A stretch of DNA of 64,000 nt from Thermodesulfobacteriota bacterium (GTDB lineage Bacteria; Desulfobacterota_D; UBA1144; Nemesobacterales; Mycalebacteriaceae): assembly GCA_965205855.1 (NCBI GenBank), contig OZ242184.1:640001-704000 (forward strand). Direction: 5' to 3'. Position 1 is the stretch's first letter. The number at the start of each line of letters is the position of its first letter. Shown here piece by piece: positions 1-13,011 of this stretch. The position numbers and the translations under genes were made by a program. Under the pieces are notes generated by a model. That model saw nothing but the letters and a program-made list of their open reading frames with translations. It was not told the origin of the DNA and ran no database searches.

Positions 1-167
1 TTTTTGAGATTACGGTAACCGCCGTGTTGTGGAAATTAGTCTGGCGGTCATTTTGTTTGAACGGGTTATATAAACGCCCGCGAAGGTGAGTCCGTCCGGT
101 TTGTTGAATTCTACACACGCTTTTCAGGCGCAAATTACAAGGAACTCAAAATCTTTTTCCACTTCTA

Positions 168-195
168 TTGACACACCAAACAACCCTGATACACT
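168..195 (+). promoter_or_regulatory. sigma70-type promoter for the 23S rRNA gene
   Basis: TTGACA (168-173), 16-nt spacer, extended -10 TGaTACACT (187-195); a 16-nt spacer is typical of rRNA promoters. Confidence 0.75.
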
Positions 196-228
196 CCCTT
201 TTCCTTCCGTGCCAAGCTGTGCGGGAGT

Positions 229-243
229 TGTTCTTTGACAACT
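229..243 (+). promoter_or_regulatory. boxA-like rRNA antitermination element
   Basis: TGTTCTTTGACAACT resembles the boxA consensus TGCTCTTTAACA and lies between the promoter and the 23S gene. Confidence 0.7.
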
Positions 244-307
244 GAATACATAGCTGAGCGAATAAGAAACAACGCGCCATCTTGTTTCGGGTGTTTTTAT
301 GCCTCGT

Positions 308-3327
<3,020 letters not shown>

Positions 3328-3566
3328 ACGAGGCTTGAAAATATCCGAAAGGATGGACGTTGTTTCTTATTCGCTTATGTTGTGTGTTTTGGTTGTTTTT
3401 TGAAAGATAAGTAAATTTTCTTTTTATGAATTTTAACATTTTGACAGCGGACAATAAACTACCCCTTGCTGTTATTGCCAGTGCTCTTATATTGTCCATT
3501 GTTTTTTACGTCAGATAACCCGCTGATTGCCCTCTCTTTGATGAGTGCTATAATTTTGTCTCCGTA

Positions 3567-3932
3567 ATGAAACAATGGCTTAAAGATGTTCGGGGTGCGG
3601 CTCTTATCTGGATATCAGGAATTATCCTTATTCTGGTAAAAGATTTCTTTCCATTTTTTTATGAATTGGGCGTGGGGTTTTTCATCGCCTGGTTGCTTAA
3701 AAACAGACACTTTTCCGCTTCTCTGACAGCATTTGTGCTGTTGTTTGTCGTTCTGGTTGGTGTGTTTGCCGTTGATGTGTATTTCTCCGTTGACTCTGTT
3801 GAAACATCGCGGGAATTTCAGTCAATGCTGATGGAAAGGTTGTCCGCTCAGGCGACCGGCTCTCTCGGTGTGCTTTTGGCAAGTGTGATTGTGGCTTCGC
3901 TTCTCCTGCGGAGATTTTTCCACAAAATATAA
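3567..3932 (+). CDS. hypothetical membrane protein (about 4 hydrophobic segments)
   Basis: 121-aa hydrophobic ORF preceded by TGcTATAAT. Confidence 0.65.
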   Translation: MKQWLKDVRGAALIWISGIILILVKDFFPFFYELGVGFFIAWLLKNRHFSASLTAFVLLFVVLVGVFAVDVYFSVDSVETSREFQSMLMERLSAQATGSLGVLLASVIVASLLLRRFFHKI

Positions 3933-4015
3933 CGCTTGTACATCTGATATCCGTACCTGCTGTCAAGCTATGATTTCGTGACAACCTTCCGTATTTTGTG
4001 TATAATCTGATACAA

Positions 4016-4792
4016 ATGAAGAGATTATCCCCTTTCATTATTTTCGCTTTGTTTCTCCTGACATTTCCCGCACCTGCTTTTGCGGGCACTTGCAAATCGG
4101 GAGATTCAGATTTCAGAAACTGGGAAATTTCCACGGGTTTTTCCTTTGCGGGCGCGCGAGGCAATACGGATAAAACCAATATTGGAGCCCGGCTTTGTTA
4201 TGAATTTGATGATACGAAACACAGGTTGACAAGCAGAAGCAAATACCACTTCGGCAAGGTGGACGGGACAACCAATGAAGACTTCTGGGATTCCACTCTG
4301 TTCTACCTGCGCCGGATTTACAACAGCGGTTACACAAATAAAATGTATGGCAATACATCGGTATTTTTAAGTCTCGGTTCTTTTGTGGAAAAAGATGAAA
4401 TTCAACAAATATCTTTAAAATACGGCTTTGGAGGCGGTTTTGCCACGGATTCTATTTTGTCTTTGCTCGTTGTTAAAACAAGTGCTGGTGTTTTCTGGGA
4501 AAGAGAGGACGGAGTTTCCACTCCCACGGAGGATTTTATTTTACTCCGTCTCGGGTTACGGCTTGAAAAGGACATAGAAAATCTAAAAGCGTCCGCCGGC
4601 ACAGTCTTTCTTTTCCCATTTAATGAAACCGACAATTTTCGCAGCGAGTCCGAATTCTTGCTGGAGGTTCCTCTCTATAGAAGCTTCTCATTAAGACTCT
4701 CCGTCAATGTGGATTATGATAATCAGCCGATAGACGAGTCTGTCAAAAAGACAGATTTCAGATACATAACATCTTTGAATTTTGCTTTTTGA
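4016..4792 (+). CDS. DUF481/YdiY-like outer-membrane beta-barrel protein
   Basis: Signal peptide, GFSFAGARGNTD motif near the N-terminus, YDNQP...KKTD motif and terminal F; start moved to ATG 4016. Confidence 0.8.
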   Translation: MKRLSPFIIFALFLLTFPAPAFAGTCKSGDSDFRNWEISTGFSFAGARGNTDKTNIGARLCYEFDDTKHRLTSRSKYHFGKVDGTTNEDFWDSTLFYLRRIYNSGYTNKMYGNTSVFLSLGSFVEKDEIQQISLKYGFGGGFATDSILSLLVVKTSAGVFWEREDGVSTPTEDFILLRLGLRLEKDIENLKASAGTVFLFPFNETDNFRSESEFLLEVPLYRSFSLRLSVNVDYDNQPIDESVKKTDFRYITSLNFAF

Positions 4793-4854
4793 TTTCCGTT
4801 CTGTGCCGATTAAAAATACCGCGACATATTTTTTTGATTTATGTTAGAGTTGAA

Positions 4855-5003
4855 CCTGAGTTCTCAAGTTGATTTTCAAGTTTGAGAACTTACGGGAAGG
4901 GCTCCATAGATGAAAAATCAGTTTCGCTGAGTTTTAAGTATTATCCGAACTGATTTTTGTTTTGCGAAAACGCCAGTCTTACAGGTTGCAATACGGCATT
5001 TTC
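4855..5003 (+). ncRNA. candidate structured RNA with three hairpins, family unknown
   Basis: Stems 4855-4868/4881-4895, 4913-4923/4948-4958 and 4966-4974/4995-5003; extended -10 TGtTAGAGT at 4842-4850. Confidence 0.4.
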
Positions 5004-5064
5004 AATAAGTGAGGTTTGAACAAATGAAAAAATTTGAAATACTTTTTCAAAAGGTGCTAATAAT

Positions 5065-5604
5065 TTGAAAAATGCCGTTCTGATTTTCATAGCTTTAATT
5101 CTTGTCGCAGGTGCATACTTGGTTGTGAAAAAGCCTCAAGTTGAGATTCACATAACCGCCGCGCAGATTCAAAAGCAGTTGGAAAAGGCATTTCCCTATG
5201 AAAAAAGCCAGTATCTTATCGTAAAAACAGTTTTTTCAAATCCGCTCGTGCGGCTTGAAAACGGCAATAATCGCATGGGAGTCAGTTTCAACCTCTCCGT
5301 TTTTCTTACCGGAGTGGAAACCCTGAAAAGCGTTGTTTATGCTGATGCGGAAATTCAATATGACTCCGATTCAAAAAGTGTGTTCCTTACAAACCCCGAC
5401 CTTAAAGAGTTTGAAATTGAAGGGCTTCCAAGCGGCACCGGAGTGATTGTGCGTGATATAGTCGGGCAGGCGGTGCTGGAAATTCTTACTCTCCGTCCCG
5501 TTTACCAAATTAAACCGACTGATGTCAAAACAAAACTCGCGGGCGCGCTTTTGAAAGATATAAAAGTCAAAGACGGCGCTTTGACGATTGTTCTGGGCAT
5601 TTGA
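5065..5604 (+). CDS. DUF1439 (YceB-like) membrane-anchored protein
   Basis: N-terminal hydrophobic anchor, QIQKQLEKAFP, PVYQ and IKVKDGALTIVLG patterns. Confidence 0.65.
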   Translation: MKNAVLIFIALILVAGAYLVVKKPQVEIHITAAQIQKQLEKAFPYEKSQYLIVKTVFSNPLVRLENGNNRMGVSFNLSVFLTGVETLKSVVYADAEIQYDSDSKSVFLTNPDLKEFEIEGLPSGTGVIVRDIVGQAVLEILTLRPVYQIKPTDVKTKLAGALLKDIKVKDGALTIVLGI

Positions 5605-5610
5605 TTTGCC

Positions 5611-6729
5611 CTATGCTTTCGCCTGATAAAATCCGCCTTCAATTTTTTCGGCAAGTCCTTCCATTTCAAGTTCAAACATCACTATTGACAAAGAGGGAAC
5701 CGATTCTCCCAACTTTTCGGCTATTTCATCAATGTGAAGCGGCTGCTGCCGGATTAGGGAAAGCAGATTTTTCCGGTCTTCGGGCAATTTCGCGAGTTTG
5801 TCCGTAATCGCTTTTCGCTCGTCTTTCCCGCCTGTGTTTCGCAGACTTTTCATCGCAGGAATCTCTTCGGCTATGTCGTCCGCGCTTTCGGTGAGTTTCG
5901 CCCTTCCGCGTTTGATAAGGTAGTTTGTTCCCGCGCTTGAGTTCTCTCCTATTCTTCCCGGTACGGCAAAAACCTTCCTGTTCTGTTCAAGGGCAAGAGA
6001 TGCGGTTATGAGCGCGCCGCTTTTTCTTGCCGCCTGCACAACCACGGTGCCGAGAGAAAGCCCGCTTATGACTGAATTGCGCTCGGGAAAGTTGTTTTTG
6101 TCGGGTTTTGTGCCAAGCGCAAAGGCGGAGACAACAGCGCCGTTGTCCGCGATATTTTTATAGAGCTCATGATTCTCAGGCGGATATATCACATCGAGTC
6201 CGGTTCCAAGAACCGCGACCGTGCGTCCGTCCGCGGAAATCGCCGCCTTGTGCGCGGCGGAGTCAATTCCCCTCGCCATTCCGCTTACAACGCAGACGCC
6301 TTTCTCCGCGAGTTTACGGGAGAGAGATTGCGCCGTATCGGTTCCATATTTACTCGAGTAACGAGAGCCAACCACCGCGACGGAAAGGCTATCCCGCTCC
6401 TTTATTTCGCCGAACACATAAAGAACGGGCGGGGCGGAGTGTATTTCCTTTAGGTTCGCGGGATAGTCCTTGTCTGTGAGGGTTAAAATTCCAAAGCCGA
6501 GTTCGTGCGCTCTGGAAACCTCTTTCTCCGCATTTTTCCAGCCGGAAAAGTTTTTGACAAGGTTTTCCGTCTCCGCGCCTATTCCGTCAATTTGCGCGAG
6601 GGCGCCAGCGGTTTTCGCTGCCTCAAACACCTTCTCCGCCGAACCGCAGTCGTCAACCAGACGGCGTATGAGAACATTGCCGAGCCCTTTCACGAGTGTG
6701 AGGGCGATGAAACAGGTTTTTTCGTCCAT
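5611..6729 (-). CDS. dprA: DNA-processing protein DprA
   Basis: VAVVGSR, VSGMARGIDSAAH, FPERNSVISGLS, SGALITA motifs; C-terminal winged helix. Confidence 0.97.
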   Translation of the reverse strand: MDEKTCFIALTLVKGLGNVLIRRLVDDCGSAEKVFEAAKTAGALAQIDGIGAETENLVKNFSGWKNAEKEVSRAHELGFGILTLTDKDYPANLKEIHSAPPVLYVFGEIKERDSLSVAVVGSRYSSKYGTDTAQSLSRKLAEKGVCVVSGMARGIDSAAHKAAISADGRTVAVLGTGLDVIYPPENHELYKNIADNGAVVSAFALGTKPDKNNFPERNSVISGLSLGTVVVQAARKSGALITASLALEQNRKVFAVPGRIGENSSAGTNYLIKRGRAKLTESADDIAEEIPAMKSLRNTGGKDERKAITDKLAKLPEDRKNLLSLIRQQPLHIDEIAEKLGESVPSLSIVMFELEMEGLAEKIEGGFYQAKA

Positions 6730-6773
6730 TGTGATGAAGCCGATATAATAACCGAAAAGATAAGGAGCGAAGA

Positions 6774-8117
6774 ATGGACGTAATTACCATAGTTACCTTG
6801 ATTATCGCGGCGGTTGCCGGATTTGCGGCATACAGAAAAAACGCCGAGAGGTCAGCGGTTGCCGAAAAGAATCAGATTCTTGAGAGTGAACTTGAGAGGC
6901 GGGACGAACGGATAGGTGAGCTTGAAAGAGTGGAGAAGCAGGCAGAGGCGGACAGAATTAAAATTGTCGAACTTGAAACTGAAATCAGAATGGAACGCGA
7001 AAGTCATGATAGGGAAACCAAAACCCTCAAAGACTCCGAACAGAGGCTCGTAAGAGATTTTGAGAATATCAGCAACAGGATATTTGATGACAAAAGCGAG
7101 AAGTTTGAGAAACGAAACAAAGAAGGTCTTGAAAACATTCTGAGTCCTCTGAAGGAAGACATAAAAGAGTTCAAGGATAAATTTGCCAAGACTGACATAG
7201 GGTTTGCGGGGAAATTCGGGGAATTGAAAAATCAGATTGAGCAGTTCAGCAAACTGAATGAGACGATTGGAACCGAAGCGCAGAATCTGACAAAAGCCCT
7301 GAAGGGCGATTCCAAACAGCAGGGTAACTGGGGCGAGTTTGTGCTTGAAAAAACGCTTGAAATGTCAGGACTGCGCAAGGGGCGGGAGTATGAAGTGCAG
7401 CAGTCGATTTTCAAAGAAGACGGCGGAAGGAGTATTCTTGATGTGATTGTTCACCTGCCGGACGGCAAAGATATTGTGATTGATTCAAAGGTTTCCCTTG
7501 ATGCCTACACTGACTATTGTTCGTCTGAAAACGAAGAGAAGAGGGCGGTTTCCCTGAAAAAACACAAAGACTCCGTTGAAAGTCACATAAAGGAACTGAG
7601 CGGAAAAAACTACCAGAACCTGCCGGGTGTTAGCACTCTCAATTTTGTTCTGTTGTTTGTTCCCGTTGAGCCGGCTTATATTCTCACGGTCAACGAGGCG
7701 GAAAACATATTCAAGAAGGCGCTTGATAAGAATGTTGTGCTTGTCTGTCCGTCAACTTTATTTGCGGTTTTGCGAACCGTTCACAGTTTGTGGCAGATGG
7801 AAGACCGGAACCTGAACGCGCAGGAAATTGCCGAAGGAGCCGGAAAGCTTTACGATAAATTTGCGGGTTTTGTGGATCAAATGGAAAAAATAGACAAACA
7901 ACTGGGAACTGTCAGAGGCAGTTTTGACGCCGCCTATAACTCGCTTTCAAAGGGCAAAGGAAACGTTGTCGGCAGAGCTGAGAAAATGAAACAACTCGGC
8001 GCCAAAACATCAAAAGCGCTTCCCGCTTCGCTTGTTAAGAAATCCGATGGCGATAACGGAGACGGGCAAGACGGGCAAAAGGAAAAGGAGGTTTTACAAG
8101 TCTCAAATGAACAATAA
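6774..8117 (+). CDS. rmuC: DNA recombination protein RmuC
   Basis: N-terminal TM and coiled coil, QGNWGE, DVIVHLPDGKDIVIDSK, FVLLFVPVE; SD AAGGAG upstream. Confidence 0.95.
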   Translation: MDVITIVTLIIAAVAGFAAYRKNAERSAVAEKNQILESELERRDERIGELERVEKQAEADRIKIVELETEIRMERESHDRETKTLKDSEQRLVRDFENISNRIFDDKSEKFEKRNKEGLENILSPLKEDIKEFKDKFAKTDIGFAGKFGELKNQIEQFSKLNETIGTEAQNLTKALKGDSKQQGNWGEFVLEKTLEMSGLRKGREYEVQQSIFKEDGGRSILDVIVHLPDGKDIVIDSKVSLDAYTDYCSSENEEKRAVSLKKHKDSVESHIKELSGKNYQNLPGVSTLNFVLLFVPVEPAYILTVNEAENIFKKALDKNVVLVCPSTLFAVLRTVHSLWQMEDRNLNAQEIAEGAGKLYDKFAGFVDQMEKIDKQLGTVRGSFDAAYNSLSKGKGNVVGRAEKMKQLGAKTSKALPASLVKKSDGDNGDGQDGQKEKEVLQVSNEQ

Positions 8118-8295
8118 AAACGAAAGGTTCTCGTTTCTGTTTTATCTTGCCGACCGTGTCGCAGGTCCGCTTATGACTGCCACCCTTGTCGGCTGTCTGA
8201 TCGCGGGAAGATTGGAGACAAGCCATATGGTTCTTTTTTCAATTGGGTTTGGCCTTTTTGTCTTCTCATATTTTCACGCTATTAAAAGCCGCTAA
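8107..8295 (+). CDS. small hypothetical membrane protein (62 aa)
   Basis: ATG overlaps the rmuC end; two hydrophobic segments. Confidence 0.45.
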   Translation: MNNKNERFSFLFYLADRVAGPLMTATLVGCLIAGRLETSHMVLFSIGFGLFVFSYFHAIKSR

Positions 8296-8906
8296 AATAT
8301 CCCGAACCGTTTTGTTCTAAGTTTGTTTTGACAACGGCTTAACTGTCGCCCGTAGGATTTATTGGCTTCCTCAACTTTCCGGGCGACTTTAAGCAGCCAT
8401 TGTTTTTCCCGATACCTGCCTTTGCGGTATCCCGCCCATCCCTCATGGTAGGCGAGATAAAGGTTGTAGGAGTCATTCTTTTTTATTCCGAAAAGCCGCA
8501 TGCTTTTGTTGTTATACCAGCCGATGAAATCGGTCGCATCCTTGAAGTCCGACCGCCGCGTTAAAAACGAGCCTTTTCCGTTCTCTTTCAGATATTGATT
8601 CCATGTTTTGTTGACTGCCTGAGCGTATCCCGAAGCCGATGAAACACGTTTCCATGGAATTATCCACAGGATTTTTTTTCTCGGATGTTTTGCCCCTTTT
8701 CTGAATGAGGATTCCTGCCTGATAAACGCGAGCATTACCGGTATTGGAACTCCCCATTTTTTCTCCGCCCGGAGCAAATCGCCATACCAACCGCGTTTTT
8801 TGATGAGAATGGAGCAGGAGTCATTCATATCAGACGGAGTATACGCGCCGACACATCCGGTCAGAAGAAGCGTGGCGATTAAAAAAATGCGCGTTATTTT
8901 CCCCAT
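8292..8906 (-). CDS. lytic transglycosylase-like (SLT family) lipoprotein
   Basis: Lipobox LTGC, catalytic IRQESSF, SSASGYAQA and YLAYHEG motifs. Confidence 0.85.
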   Translation of the reverse strand: MGKITRIFLIATLLLTGCVGAYTPSDMNDSCSILIKKRGWYGDLLRAEKKWGVPIPVMLAFIRQESSFRKGAKHPRKKILWIIPWKRVSSASGYAQAVNKTWNQYLKENGKGSFLTRRSDFKDATDFIGWYNNKSMRLFGIKKNDSYNLYLAYHEGWAGYRKGRYREKQWLLKVARKVEEANKSYGRQLSRCQNKLRTKRFGIF

Positions 8907-10450
8907 CCGCCACCTCCCGGAGTCTCTATTCTGAGAATGTCCCCTTCCTCTGCTTCAAAACTCTGTTTTCCCGAGAGTTCCGTTTTCTCTCCGTTCCGTA
9001 TAAGGAAATTTTTTCCGCTTTTTCCGTCTTTTCCTCCATGGGCTCCCCACGGGCGGTATTTTCTCCTTTCCGTAATAACGGACACGGTTGCCGGCTCTAT
9101 GAACCTGTATTCCCTCACAATGCCGTCCCCGCCTTTGAATTTTCCTTTTCCTCCGGATTCTTTACGGATGGAGTAGGACTCAATACGCACCGGAAACTCC
9201 CTTTCAGTCGCTTCTATCGGGGTGTTGAGAGTGTTTGTCATATGCGTCTGTACAGCGGAGACGCCTCCGGCTCCGTTTCTTCCTCCCATTCCTCCGCCTA
9301 TCGTTTCGTAGGATACAAACTCCCGCCCATCGCTTCTTGTGGCGCCGAAGGTTATATTGTTCATGGTTCCCGAACTTGCCGCCTGTATCTTTTCCGGAAC
9401 CGCTTTTGAGAGCGCGCCAAAAACCGCATCCACAACGCGTTGAGAGGTTTCCACATTGCCTCCGGCTACCGCGCTCGGATACCGCGCGTTCAGTATGGAA
9501 TTTTCATCCGTAACAATCTCAATGGCGCGTAGCGGTCCCGAATTGAGAGGAATATCTTCCGGGGCAAGACATTGGAAGACATACAAAACGGCTGACACTG
9601 TCACGCTGAAAGGCGCGTTGAGGCATCCTTTGACCGGGGGCGAACTTCCTGAAAAATCCGCGTAGACAGAGCCGCCGGATATCCTCAAAAGAACCTTTAT
9701 CGGTATCTCGGTTGTTCCCGCTCCGTCATCGTCGAGAAAATCGGTAAAGCCATATTCGCCGTCCGGAATTTCCCTTATGACCTCCCGCATCATTTTTTCG
9801 CCGTAGTCAAGAAGCCGCCCGGATGCGTCGCTGATTTTTTCAACCGAGTATTTTTCAACCGTCTCAAGAAGTCTTTTCTTTCCGGTCTCAAGGGCGGCAA
9901 TCTGCGCTCTGAGGTCTCCGAGCCGCTCTTCGGGGTTTCTCATTCCCGCTGTGATTTTCCGCATAAGCGGTTCGTCCGCCTTTCCGTTTTTCGCAATCAA
10001 AGTTGGTGGGATGATAATTCCCTCTTCATCTATGGAGGTAGAAAGAGGCATTGAGCCGGGCGTTTTTCCTCCGACATCGGCGTGGTGCGCGCGTGCGGCG
10101 ATATAAAAAATCAGTCGCCCGTTTGAAAAAACCGGAATGATGCAAGTTATGTCCGGCAGGTGTGTTCCTCCCTTGAACGGGTCGTTCAGTATATAAGCGT
10201 CTCCGTCTGAAACCTCGTGTCCCTCAATAACTGCGGCAACTGAAAATGACATTGAGCCGAGATGAACGGGAATGTGCGCTGCCTGCGCTATCATTTCTCC
10301 GTTTGGGTTGAAAATCGCGCATGAGTGGTCGCGTCTTTCCTTGATGTTTGGTGAGAGGGACGAGCGTGTCAGGCACTCTCCCATCTCTTCGGCAATTCCG
10401 GCGAGGATGTTGTTGAAAATGTCCAGTTCAAACTGATTGAAGGACGGCAT
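8894..10450 (-). CDS. hydantoinase B/5-oxoprolinase family protein
   Basis: SPNIKERRDHSCA, HIPVHLGSM, NDPFKGGTHLPD, TPGGGGWG; start moved to ATG 10450. Confidence 0.93.
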   Translation of the reverse strand: MPSFNQFELDIFNNILAGIAEEMGECLTRSSLSPNIKERRDHSCAIFNPNGEMIAQAAHIPVHLGSMSFSVAAVIEGHEVSDGDAYILNDPFKGGTHLPDITCIIPVFSNGRLIFYIAARAHHADVGGKTPGSMPLSTSIDEEGIIIPPTLIAKNGKADEPLMRKITAGMRNPEERLGDLRAQIAALETGKKRLLETVEKYSVEKISDASGRLLDYGEKMMREVIREIPDGEYGFTDFLDDDGAGTTEIPIKVLLRISGGSVYADFSGSSPPVKGCLNAPFSVTVSAVLYVFQCLAPEDIPLNSGPLRAIEIVTDENSILNARYPSAVAGGNVETSQRVVDAVFGALSKAVPEKIQAASSGTMNNITFGATRSDGREFVSYETIGGGMGGRNGAGGVSAVQTHMTNTLNTPIEATEREFPVRIESYSIRKESGGKGKFKGGDGIVREYRFIEPATVSVITERRKYRPWGAHGGKDGKSGKNFLIRNGEKTELSGKQSFEAEEGDILRIETPGGGGWGK

Positions 10451-10517
10451 TGGGCTTATTCTAACGCAAAGTTGCGCAATTTTTCTATTGTGTATCAAAA
10501 ATGGTTAAAATCAAATT

Positions 10518-12374
10518 GTGTTGTCAACCGGCTTGCAAAAACAGACGATAGACCAATATAAAAAAGCACTTGAAATTCTGCGCGAAACTTTCGGTTTTAC
10601 CGACTTCCGCTCGCATCAGGGAGAGGTTGTAAGGACGCTTCTTGAAGGCGGGGACGCTATTGTCGTAATGCCCACGGGCGCGGGAAAGTCTCTTTGCTAT
10701 CAGATTCCGTCTGTCGTGTGTGAGGGAACCGGGGTTGTTGTCTCACCGCTTATTGCCCTTATGAAAGATCAGGTTGACGCCCTGCGCCAATACGGGGTTC
10801 GGGCCGCGTTTCTCAATTCAAGCATGTCTTACCGTCAACTTTGCGACACCGAAGACGCTTTACTCGGAGGAAATCTTGATTTGCTTTATGTCGCGCCCGA
10901 AGGGCTGATTTCCGGAGGGATACTTGGGATGCTTGAGAAAATCAATGTCGCGCTGTTCGCTATTGACGAGGCGCACTGCGTATCGCGCTGGGGCCATGAT
11001 TTTCGTCCCGAATATCTGGAACTCTCCGTTCTTGCCGACCGTTTCCCGGACACACCGCGTATTGCTCTGACCGCCACTGCGGACGATGCAACCCAGCGGG
11101 AGATTGCGGAGCGGTTGATTCTGCAATCCGCCGAAAGGTATATCGCCGGTTACGACCGTCCGAACATTCTCTACATGATAAGCGAGGCGGTTGAAGCGAG
11201 GGCGGCTCTGCTTGATTTCATCAATACCAAACACAAGGGCGACAGCGGGATTGTTTACTGTATGTCGCGCAAGAGTGTGGAGAAAACCTCCGAGTGGCTC
11301 TCGTCAAAGGGTCTTGATGCAATTCCCTATCACGCCGGAATGGCGAAAAGTGAGAGGGAGGAAAACCACAACCGGTTTTTGCACCGGGAGGGGGTTGTTG
11401 TTGTGGCGACCATCGCTTTTGGGATGGGTATTGACAAGCCCGATGTCCGCTTTGTGGCACACTTGAACCTGCCGAAGACCATTGAGTCCTACTATCAGGA
11501 AACCGGACGCGCCGGACGCGATGGGCTGCCCGCAAGCGCGTGGATGAGTTACGGCTTGCAGGATTTGATGATGCTGATTCAGATGGTTGACAACTCCGAA
11601 GCCGATGAAGCGTTCAAGAGAGTGGAGCGGTCAAAGATCAACTCTTTGCTGGGGCTTTGCGAAACCGCCGGATGCAGAAGGCAGTCGCTTCTCGGGTATT
11701 TTGGCGAACAGTATGAAGCCCCGTGCGGTAACTGCGACAACTGCCTCACTCCGCCCGAAACATGGGACGGGACGGTCGCCGCACAAAAGGCGCTTTCGTG
11801 TGTTTACCGCACGGGTGAAATGTTTGGAGTGGGTTATTTGATAGATGTGTTGCTCGGTAAAGACACCGAGAGGATAAGGAATTTCCGGCACGATAAATTA
11901 AAGGTTTACGGAGTGGGAACGGAGCTTGACGCCATGGATTGGCGTTCGGTCGTCCGGCAGCTTGTCACCGCCGGAGCGCTCGCTCCCAAGTCAGACGGCT
12001 ACGGAGGGCTCCGTCTGACGGAGAAAGGGGACGCTTTAATGCGCGGGAAAGAAAATATGTTTTTCCGCAAACTTACGAAGAGGGAGAAACCGAAGAAAGA
12101 GAGAAAGGCGAGACCGCCCCGTGTTTCAAAAGATGTGAGCGAAGCGGATATGCCGATTTTTGAAAAACTGCGCGAGTTGCGGGCAAGATTTGCCCGTGAG
12201 CAGAATGTGCCGCCGTATGTGATTTTTCACGATGCGACTCTTGCCGAGATGGCGAAGGAAAAGCCGTTTGATTTGTTGCAGATGGGTTTTATTTCTGGCG
12301 TGGGACAGAGGAAACTTGATAAGTATGGGGAAGAGTTTTTGAAGGTTTTGAAAGGGTTTCAAAACGCGGATTGA
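10518..12374 (+). CDS. recQ: ATP-dependent DNA helicase RecQ
   Basis: [40 protein letters not shown] cysteine cluster, HRDC domain. Confidence 0.98.
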   Translation: MLSTGLQKQTIDQYKKALEILRETFGFTDFRSHQGEVVRTLLEGGDAIVVMPTGAGKSLCYQIPSVVCEGTGVVVSPLIALMKDQVDALRQYGVRAAFLNSSMSYRQLCDTEDALLGGNLDLLYVAPEGLISGGILGMLEKINVALFAIDEAHCVSRWGHDFRPEYLELSVLADRFPDTPRIALTATADDATQREIAERLILQSAERYIAGYDRPNILYMISEAVEARAALLDFINTKHKGDSGIVYCMSRKSVEKTSEWLSSKGLDAIPYHAGMAKSEREENHNRFLHREGVVVVATIAFGMGIDKPDVRFVAHLNLPKTIESYYQETGRAGRDGLPASAWMSYGLQDLMMLIQMVDNSEADEAFKRVERSKINSLLGLCETAGCRRQSLLGYFGEQYEAPCGNCDNCLTPPETWDGTVAAQKALSCVYRTGEMFGVGYLIDVLLGKDTERIRNFRHDKLKVYGVGTELDAMDWRSVVRQLVTAGALAPKSDGYGGLRLTEKGDALMRGKENMFFRKLTKREKPKKERKARPPRVSKDVSEADMPIFEKLRELRARFAREQNVPPYVIFHDATLAEMAKEKPFDLLQMGFISGVGQRKLDKYGEEFLKVLKGFQNAD

Positions 12375-12397
12375 AGTTGTCATAAAATACTTTTCCA

Positions 12398-12417
12398 ATT
12401 CCTGCAAAAGTGGGAAT
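12398..12417. repeat. degenerate REP/dRS3-like palindrome (ATTCCC-N8-GGGAAT type)
   Basis: ATTCCT-GCAAAAGT-GGGAAT; related copies at 15223-15246 and about 15390-15416. Confidence 0.5.
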
Positions 12418-12626
12418 CTACAATTTCTACAAAAATATATTTGATAAAAAGAAGATTTTCCGTATAAAATTTTTCCCGCTTACTGTTTGAAAAGAGACCC
12501 CGTGCTGTCGGGTCTCTGTGAATATAAGACCCTTGCGGGAAATTAACAGAACTTTCAAAACTCTTTTTGAACAGTAAGCAAGACCCGGCTCCTTGTGTGT
12601 CCGGTTTTGCAAAAAGGAGGTTTGAA

Positions 12627-12926
12627 ATGTTAAGTTGCAAAAGATCTTTTCATTTTTACTCTACAAGAAACGTGGGATTGCTGATTTTGGCAATCTTACT
12701 TCTAGCTGGTTTGTCTTCTTGTGGTGGTATGCCAGAACCAACCATGGGTCCCGATGGAAGGCTCGGATATACAGTTGATTGTGGCGGAAGAAACGTGGAT
12801 GGTTGCTACAGGCACGCCGCCAAAATCTGTGGGGGTAAGTATGAAATAGGTAAGACGTTTTCTTCACAGTCTCAATATAAAGGTTCTGGTAGCACCACAT
12901 TTTCAATGAGAATCTATTGCAAATAG
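12627..12926 (+). CDS. small Cys-containing lipoprotein
   Basis: SD AAGGAGG before ATG 12627, lipobox LSSC, four further Cys in the mature part. Confidence 0.8.
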   Translation: MLSCKRSFHFYSTRNVGLLILAILLLAGLSSCGGMPEPTMGPDGRLGYTVDCGGRNVDGCYRHAAKICGGKYEIGKTFSSQSQYKGSGSTTFSMRIYCK

Positions 12927-12943
12927 TTGGAGGAGGGTAGAAG

Positions 12944-13011
12944 TGCATGGAGAAATACGTATGGGAAAAGAAATGAGTATCAGACAAGGAAGACCCAAAT
13001 GAACAGTTATA
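12944..13011 (+). repeat. 68-bp direct repeat, copy 1 (copy 2 at 14361-14428)
   Basis: 62 of 68 positions identical by manual alignment. Confidence 0.95.

Noticed and set aside
1-120. Possible partial minus-strand CDS at the left edge
   Set aside because: Too short to identify; no motif recognised.
3526-3551. CIRCE-like element (ATTGCCCTC-N8-GAGTGCTAT)
   Set aside because: Left arm matches only 6/9, the spacer is 8 rather than 9 nt, the downstream gene is not a chaperone, and the right arm is explained by an extended -10.
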